Shown here one piece after another: positions 7,825-12,625 of a stretch of DNA of 12,625 nucleotides. This DNA is from Deltaproteobacteria bacterium (GTDB lineage: Bacteria > Myxococcota_A > UBA796 > GCA-2862545). Position 1 is the stretch's first letter. Each line of letters opens with the position of its first letter. The translations under genes were made by a program, and so were the position numbers. The notes under the pieces were generated by a model. The model had not been told where the DNA came from. It did not search any database and worked only from the letters and a program-made list of their open reading frames with translations. Location of the stretch: the NCBI GenBank assembly GCA_016938035.1, contig JAFGVK010000018.1, forward strand, positions 1 to 12,625, in the 5' to 3' direction.

Positions 7825-9600
7825 ATGCTCAAGCACGTCACCCGCACGCACACCTGCGGCCAGCTCCGCGCCGAACACATCGGAACCCCCGTGGTCCTCC
7901 AGGGCTGGGTCTCCGCGGTCCGCGACCGCGGCGGGGTGGCCTTCGCGGTGCTCCGCGATCGCTTCGGCTCGGTGCAGATCACGGTGGACGAGCGCTCCAC
8001 CGACGCGGCGCGCGCCGCGGTGAAGGGCGTCCGGCTGGAGTACGTGCTCCAGGTCGAGGGCACGGTCCAGGCCCGGGCTGAGGGCGCGGTCAACAACAAG
8101 ATGGAGAGCGGTGACATCGAGGTTATCGCCACCTCCATCCAGATCCTCTCCCGCACCCAGCCCCTCCCCTTCGTCCTCGACGACCGCGGTGAGAGCGCCC
8201 TGGAGGAGACCCGCCTCCGCAACCGCTTCCTCGACCTGCGCCGCCCGCTGCTGCAGCACAACCTGAGGGTGCGCCACGTCGCCGCACAGGCTGCCCGCGG
8301 CTTCCTGAACGGCACCGAATTCCTCGAGATCGAGACCCCGGTGCTCACCAGGGCCACCCCAGAAGGGGCGCGCGACTACCTCGTGCCCTCCCGCGTCCAC
8401 CCCGGCTCGTGGTACGCCCTGCCCCAGTCCCCCCAGCTGTTCAAGCAGCTGCTGATGGTCGGCGGCTTCGACCGATATTACCAGATCGCGCGCTGCTTCC
8501 GCGACGAGGACCTGCGCCTCGACCGCCAGCCAGAGTTCACCCAGATCGACATCGAGATCTCCTTCCCCTCGCGCGAGCTGGTGATGGAGGTGGCGGAGGG
8601 CGTCGCCAACGCGATGTGGGAGGCGACCCTCGGCGAGGGGGTTGGCACCATCCCGGTGCTCTCTTACGCCGACGCCATGGACCTGTATGGGGTGGACGCA
8701 CCGGATCGCCGCTTCGAGATGACCCTCCACACCCTCAGCGCGCTGCTCCACGAGGCGACCTTCCCCCCGGTCCGCAGCGCCCTGGACGCTGGCGGGGTCA
8801 TCCGCGGGTTCACGGTGAAGGGCGCCGCGGCGGGCAGCTCCCGTAAGGTGCTCGACGCGTGGACCGCCTTCGTCAAGGAGTACGGTCTGGGCGGGCTGAT
8901 GTGGGGTAAGGTCGCCGCGGAGGGTGTCATCAGCGGCCCCGCCGCCAAGGCGATCCCCGAGGAGGTCCGCGAGGCGGTGCTCGCCGAGCTTGGTGCAGAG
9001 GACGGCGACGTCATCCTCCTCGGCGCCGGCGAGCTGCGCCACGTCAACCCGGGCCTGGGGCGCCTGAGGGTCCACATCGCCAAGGAGCGCGACCTGATCC
9101 CCGAGGGCACCTTCGCCTTCTGCTGGGTGGTGGACTTCCCCCTGTTCGAGAAGGCAGACGACGGCAGCTGGACCTCGGTGCATCACCCCTTCACCGCCCC
9201 CCGCCCAGAGCACATCCCCCTGTTCGGCACCGACAGGATGGGAGAGATGCTCTCCGACTCCTACGACCTGGTCTGCAACGGCTCCGAGATCGGGGGCGGT
9301 TCCATCCGTATCCACGACCCAGTGGTGCAGGCTCAGGTGTTCGAGGCGCTGGGGATCAGTGAGACCGAGCAGCAGGAGAAGTTCGGCTTCCTCCTCAACG
9401 CCCTCTCCTACGGCGCGCCGCCCCACGGGGGCCTGGCCTTCGGCTTCGATCGCTGCGTGATGCTCCTCACCGGGGCCACCTCGATCCGCGACGTGATCGC
9501 CTTCCCCAAGACCACCTCCGCTCAGGATCTCCTCAGCGGCGCCCCCGCCAGGGTGCCCACCAAGGACCTGGACGATCTGCATGTCCGGAGCACCAAGTGA
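7825..9600 (+). CDS. aspS: Aspartyl-tRNA synthetase (bacterial-type, ~590 aa)
   Basis: N-terminal anticodon-binding OB fold [46 protein letters not shown] matches E. coli AspRS (YCGQLR...GWV..RRD.G...F..RD..G.VQ). Class II motifs [20 protein letters not shown] and GGGSIRIH...[26 protein letters not shown] are present. A GAD insertion domain is also present. Confidence 0.97.
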   Translation: [591 protein letters not shown]

Positions 9601-10205
9601 GGCCCGCCTACAGCGAGCGCCTCGACCAGGCGACGCTGCTCGCGGTGCGATCCTTCCGAGGGCTGTACCGCAAGGGCTCCACCGTGCCCTACATCACCCA
9701 CCTGTTCGCGGTCACCGCGCTGGTGGGGGAGTACGGTGGCGACGAGGACCAGCTCATCGCGGCCATGCTCCACGACTACCTGGAGGACATCCCCTCCGCG
9801 ACCTACGAGGGCGTGAGAGATCAGTTCGGTGACAGGGTGGCGCGCTTCGTGCTCGCCCTCTCCGACACCACGGTGTCGCCCAAGCCCCCCTGGCGGGATC
9901 GCAAGACGAAGTACCTCGCGCACCTGCGAGCCAAGGAGCCGGCGCTCAAGCTGATCTCCGCCGCGGACAAGCTCCACAACTGCCACGCCACCCTGCTGAA
10001 CGTGCGGTCCCAGGGCGACAGCTGCTACGAGCGCTTCAACGACGAGATCGCAGACGTCTTTGAGACCAAGGCGGAGGGCGTGCTCTGGTACTACCGCTCG
10101 CTGGTCGAGGCGCTGGAGGAGGGCTGGGACGACCCTCTCCTCGAGGCGCTGCGCGCCGAGGTGATCGCGCTCCACGAGGCCTCGGGAGCCCCGAGTCCCT
10201 GGTGA
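9597..10205 (+). CDS. HD-domain protein, RelA/SpoT-hydrolase-like (small alarmone (p)ppGpp hydrolase / Mesh1-type)
   Basis: YITHLFAVTALVGEYGGDEDQLIAAMLHDYLEDIPSATYEGVRDQFGDRVARFV...ALKLISAADKLHNCHATL aligns with the SpoT hydrolase domain (YITHPVAVA...LMAALLHDVIEDT...FG..VA..V...ILIKLADRTHNMRTL), with the H, HD, ED and D residues present. The GTG start overlaps the aspS stop (GTGA), and GGAG lies 7 nt upstream. Confidence 0.85.
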   Translation: MRPAYSERLDQATLLAVRSFRGLYRKGSTVPYITHLFAVTALVGEYGGDEDQLIAAMLHDYLEDIPSATYEGVRDQFGDRVARFVLALSDTTVSPKPPWRDRKTKYLAHLRAKEPALKLISAADKLHNCHATLLNVRSQGDSCYERFNDEIADVFETKAEGVLWYYRSLVEALEEGWDDPLLEALRAEVIALHEASGAPSPW

Positions 10206-10378
10206 GGCCGAAGACGCTGGAGCCGGCCGCGCGGGTCAGGTTGCGCGGCCTGTGGGTCTCTGTCGCCCTGCTCACGGCCATGCTCGTGGCCTCGGCCGCG
10301 GCGCTCGGCTGGCAGACCTGGGCGAGGGCAGAGGCCGAGTGGGCCGCGCCCCCGGCGAGCGGAGCACCGGCGCGCTGA
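10202..10378 (+). CDS. Possible small membrane protein (58 aa, one TM helix) translationally coupled to the HD gene
   Basis: The frame from GTG 10202 (overlapping the HD stop as GTGA) encodes VRPKTLEPAARVRLRGLWVSVALLTAMLVASAAALGWQTWARAEAEWAAPPASGAPAR. Third-codon-position GC is ~95% (55/58), far above the other frames here. It contains a clear hydrophobic helix. It is too short for the ORF track. Only a weak SD (GGGAG, 13 nt upstream). Confidence 0.3.
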   Translation: MRPKTLEPAARVRLRGLWVSVALLTAMLVASAAALGWQTWARAEAEWAAPPASGAPAR

Positions 10379-10467
10379 CACTGCGCCCTCGGGGGCGGCG
10401 AGCACGCCAACGGACGCGCCAACGGGGGAGCGTCCGCGCGGTGACACCGCGCCCTCGGAGGCGGTGG
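10375..10467. repeat. Two copies of a ~27-bp imperfect direct repeat, each forming a GC hairpin with TGACAC in the loop
   Basis: Copy 1 is gcTGACACtGCGCCCTCGGgGGCGGcg (10375-10401). Copy 2 is ggTGACACcGCGCCCTCGGaGGCGGtg (10441-10467). Copy 2 sits in the palindrome GCGCGGTG-a-CACCGCGC (10437-10453) and copy 1 in GGCGC-N-GCGCC. Both lie in the convergent intergenic region between the HD/micro-ORF and the SPFH gene. Confidence 0.4.
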
Positions 10468-10496
10468 CGGCGGTCCCGCCACCGACCGATCCGAGG

Positions 10497-11858
10497 CTAG
10501 AGCGGAGGGGGACCGCCCGGCATGGGGGGCGGGCCTGCCAGTGCGGCTACCGCGCTCGCGACCTCTGGCACATCGCGCCACAGGGTCCAGCTCGCGAAGC
10601 CGGCACGCCACAGCTGGTGGTTCGCGTCGGGTTGCGCGCGGACCAGCGCGACCACCTCGGACAAGGTCTTCTCGCCCTGCCCGGTGGGACCGGCGTAGTG
10701 GAAGGACACGCTCACCACCGGCGGGGGCGCCACCGGCTCTGGCGGCACCTTGCCCGCGATCTCGGCGACCTCCTGCCAACTCTTCCAGCCGGGGAAGCCC
10801 GCCGCCCACACCTGGTGGTTGGCCGAGCGCTGGGCGACCACCCGCTGGGCGATCTCCGAGGCGGTGAATTCACCGGTGCCACCGGGGCCGTTGTAGTGGT
10901 AGCGCTGCTCCATAGGGGGGGGGGGAGGCTGGGGCGCGGGGGGGCCCTGCATGCCCTGGTGCGGGTTGAAGCCGCCGGGCTGAGCCATCGCCTGGCCCAT
11001 CATCCCGCCCATCACGTTGCCCATCCCGATGCCGACCCCCATCCCCATACCCGCGCCGGCGAGACCTGGGTTGGCCGCCGCGGTCTGGATCGCGTCCGCC
11101 GCCTTGAGCTGAGTGTAGGCGTTGAGGTCGCCCAACACGCCCATCTTCGACCTGGTGTCGAGCGCGGCCTCCACCTCGTCGGGGAGCGAGATGCTCTCGA
11201 TGGTGAAGTCGGTGAGGGAGATGCCGTAGGCCTCCTGGAAGGACGGGTTCATGTCCGTCTTGAGCTGATCGCCCATCTCCATGTAGCTGGCGGCGAGATC
11301 CAGGATCGGGATCCGCGCCTTGGCGATCGAGGAGGAGAGCGCGCTCACCAGCTTGCGCTTGAGCTGCCCGTTGATCTCGTCGGTGGTGAACAGGCCGTCT
11401 GTGCCCACCACCTGCCGCAGGAAGGAGGCGGGATCGGTGATCCGATAGGAGTAGATCCCGAAGGCGCGCACCCTGATGGGGCCGAACTCCGCGTCGCGGA
11501 GGGGGAAGGGCTTGGAGGTGCCCCAGCGGTTCTCGCGGAACACCTTGGTGTTCACGTAGTAGATGTCGCCCTTGTAGGGGTAATTCAGCTTGTAGGCGAT
11601 CGACTGGAAGAAGGACAGGATCGGTGTGTTGCGGGTGTCGAGGGTGTAGGTGCCAGGCCCAAACACGTCAGAGAGCTTGCCCTCCGAGACAAAGACCGCC
11701 GCCTGCCCCTCGCGGACCACCAGCTTGGAGTTATCCGTGATCTTCTGGTTGAAGACCGGATAGCGGTAGACAATCGTGTCGTTGCTGTCGTCGAGCCACT
11801 CGATCACCTCCAGGAATTGCGAGGCGGCGTGCGGCTTGAGGGTGTCCCAGAAGCCCAT
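10497..11858 (-). CDS. SPFH/band-7 family protein (COG4260, YdjI-like) with Met/Gly-rich linker, proline-rich tracts and two tandem C-terminal GYF_2/DUF4339-like domains
   Basis: The true start is the internal ATG at 11858-11856, preceded by AAGGAGAT 6 nt upstream. The 210-codon upstream extension of the ORF is Ser/Arg-rich junk overlapping the divergent gene. N-terminus MGFWDTLKPHAASQFLEVIEWLDDSNDTIVYRYPVFNQKITDNSKLVVREGQAAVFVSEGKLSDVFGPGTYTL matches the YdjI/COG4260 SPFH N-terminus (MG.FD...FIDVIEW.DDS.DTIV.R.P...). The C-terminus has GLAGAGMGMGVGIGMGNVMGGMMGQAMAQ, then PPAPQPPPPP, then two ~50-aa repeats YHYNGPGGTGEFTASEIAQRVVAQRSANHQVWAAGFPGWKSWQEV and FHYAGPTGQGEKTLSEVVALVRAQPDANHQLWRAGFASWTLWRDV (pattern Y.Y.GP.G.G..T.SE......Q..ANHQ.W.AGF..W..W..V). 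Confidence 0.85.
   Translation of the reverse strand: MGFWDTLKPHAASQFLEVIEWLDDSNDTIVYRYPVFNQKITDNSKLVVREGQAAVFVSEGKLSDVFGPGTYTLDTRNTPILSFFQSIAYKLNYPYKGDIYYVNTKVFRENRWGTSKPFPLRDAEFGPIRVRAFGIYSYRITDPASFLRQVVGTDGLFTTDEINGQLKRKLVSALSSSIAKARIPILDLAASYMEMGDQLKTDMNPSFQEAYGISLTDFTIESISLPDEVEAALDTRSKMGVLGDLNAYTQLKAADAIQTAAANPGLAGAGMGMGVGIGMGNVMGGMMGQAMAQPGGFNPHQGMQGPPAPQPPPPPMEQRYHYNGPGGTGEFTASEIAQRVVAQRSANHQVWAAGFPGWKSWQEVAEIAGKVPPEPVAPPPVVSVSFHYAGPTGQGEKTLSEVVALVRAQPDANHQLWRAGFASWTLWRDVPEVASAVAALAGPPPMPGGPPPL
10915..10925. repeat. Homopolymeric G11 tract (C11 on the coding strand) inside the SPFH-GYF gene, followed by G7 at 10938-10944
   Basis: Direct reading: catagggggggggggaggctggggcgcgggggggccc. 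It encodes PPPPP immediately upstream of the first GYF-like repeat. Confidence 0.9.
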
Positions 11859-11946
11859 GTGATCTCCTTGTCCGGTGTTTCTCGGCAGGCTGGTGAGCCC
11901 TACGAGCGTGCGACATAGACTAATGCAATTGGGGCCAGAGGTGAGG
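11859..11946. promoter_or_regulatory. Divergent promoter region between the SPFH-GYF gene (-) and the membrane-protein gene (+)
   Basis: 88-bp gap with the locally lowest GC (catagactaatgcaattgg). It carries SDs for both flanking genes: AAGGAGAT on the - strand and GAGGTGAGG on the + strand. Candidate -10-like TAGACT/CTAATG elements. Confidence 0.35.
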
Positions 11947-12546
11947 ATGACAAGTCTGAGCAGACGGATCGAGACCGCGCACGTCGGCGTTGTATGGGCT
12001 GCGGCGGCCGCGGCGGTGGGGCTCCCCCTGGCGGCGCTGCCCTGGGCGGATCCCCTGCAGGACGGCGCGCTGATCGCGCTCTCAGCGCTGGGGGTGGTGG
12101 CCGCGCTCGGCGCGGGGCTCCTGCGCTTGCAGGCTGCTCGGCTGCCGCTGGAGATCTCGGAGCGGGCCCTGGTGGAGGCGCTCGACGAGGAGCGGACCCT
12201 CCGCTTCAGGGTGCGCCTGGGGCGCGGCAGGGTCATCTCCCGCGTGCGGCAGCGGCTGGTGTGGGTCCACGAGGGCGGCGAGGAGGAGCTCCTCCCGCTG
12301 GTGATCCCCGGCGCCGCGGCCCTGGTGGGCCCCTGGACCCCCACCGCGAGGGTCCCCGCTGGCGCGCCGCGCGACGGCCGGCTGGTGCTCACCGTGAGCG
12401 GCAGCGAGGGGGCGCGACGCTGGTCGGCCGAGCGGAGCTGGACCTGGTCGCAGCTCACCGAGGGGCGCTTCCACCCCGGCTTCCACACCGAGGGCGGGAG
12501 GCTGACCCTGGACCCGGAGCGCTGGGACGCGCCCCAGCCCGTCTAG
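11947..12546 (+). CDS. Hypothetical membrane protein (2 TM helices plus ~140-aa soluble domain), divergent from the SPFH gene
   Basis: ATG 11947 with GAGGTGAGG immediately upstream. The ORF-track start at 11875 overlaps the SPFH start region and lacks an SD. Product MTSLSRRIETAHVGVVWAAAAAAVGLPLAALPW...ALIALSALGVVAALGAGLL, then an Arg-rich beta-like domain. High GC3. No family recognised. It resembles NfeD-like or bPH-type SPFH partners only in topology. Confidence 0.55.
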   Translation: MTSLSRRIETAHVGVVWAAAAAAVGLPLAALPWADPLQDGALIALSALGVVAALGAGLLRLQAARLPLEISERALVEALDEERTLRFRVRLGRGRVISRVRQRLVWVHEGGEEELLPLVIPGAAALVGPWTPTARVPAGAPRDGRLVLTVSGSEGARRWSAERSWTWSQLTEGRFHPGFHTEGGRLTLDPERWDAPQPV

Positions 12547-12607
12547 AGCGCCGATCAAGTAGTTCGGTGCAGGGATCGACTGCGGGTTGGGTCTGTGATC
12601 TGGTTAG

Positions 12608-12625
12608 GGCCAAGGAGGCCCCATG
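12608..12625 (+). other. RBS (AAGGAGG) and ATG of a downstream gene truncated by the window end
   Basis: ccAAGGAGGccccATG at the very end. The ATG is at 12623-12625. Confidence 0.4.

Noticed and set aside
7807-9582. 591-aa minus-strand ORF (and 7590..8357 -) opposite aspS
   Set aside because: Antisense shadow of aspS, which is unambiguous. No motifs.
10464-11918. 484-aa + strand ORF covering the SPFH gene region
   Set aside because: It is the antisense shadow of a minus-strand gene with strong family-level evidence. Its product is Arg/His/Gly-rich with no recognisable motifs. Such shadows are typical of high-GC DNA.
11859-12488. 210-codon N-terminal extension of the minus-strand ORF 10497..12488
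   Set aside because: The Ser/Arg/Thr-rich low-complexity translation overlaps the divergent membrane-protein gene. The SPFH homology begins exactly at the internal ATG (11858), which has a good AAGGAGAT SD.
1-12625. CRISPR arrays, IS/transposase, integrase or phage genes
   Set aside because: No regularly spaced direct repeats and no transposase/integrase-like ORFs or terminal inverted repeats were seen. The window looks like core chromosome.

Overview
This is a high-GC (~70%) bacterial chromosomal segment with codon usage and gene content typical of Myxococcota-like deltaproteobacteria. Almost all long ORFs are mirrored by antisense shadow ORFs, which is expected at this GC content. I support about 12 genes. 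Positions 142-5951 carry a tightly packed co-directional + strand cluster: ECF sigma factor, RseA-like single-pass anti-sigma factor, RadC/UPF0758 JAB-domain protein, ABC-2-type transporter ATPase, SelB (selenocysteine-specific elongation factor) and a small secreted Cys-containing protein. All are joined by gaps of 2-80 nt or by an 8-nt overlap. A 570-bp convergent intergenic gap follows. Then come a minus-strand signal-peptide protein, aspS (aspartyl-tRNA synthetase) and an HD-domain (p)ppGpp-hydrolase-like protein whose GTG start overlaps the aspS stop. A possible 58-codon membrane micro-ORF overlaps the HD gene stop in the same GTGA fashion. The most unusual locus is at the 3' end. A minus-strand COG4260/YdjI-type SPFH (band-7) protein carries a Met/Gly-rich linker, proline-rich tracts and two tandem GYF_2/DUF4339-like repeats in place of the usual C-terminus. 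A C11 homopolymer (G11 on the + strand) sits inside the coding region, and a 2-TM membrane protein of unknown function is transcribed divergently. No rRNA, tRNA, CRISPR array or IS element was found. A further gene starts at the final 3 nt of the window (AAGGAGG then ATG at 12623).
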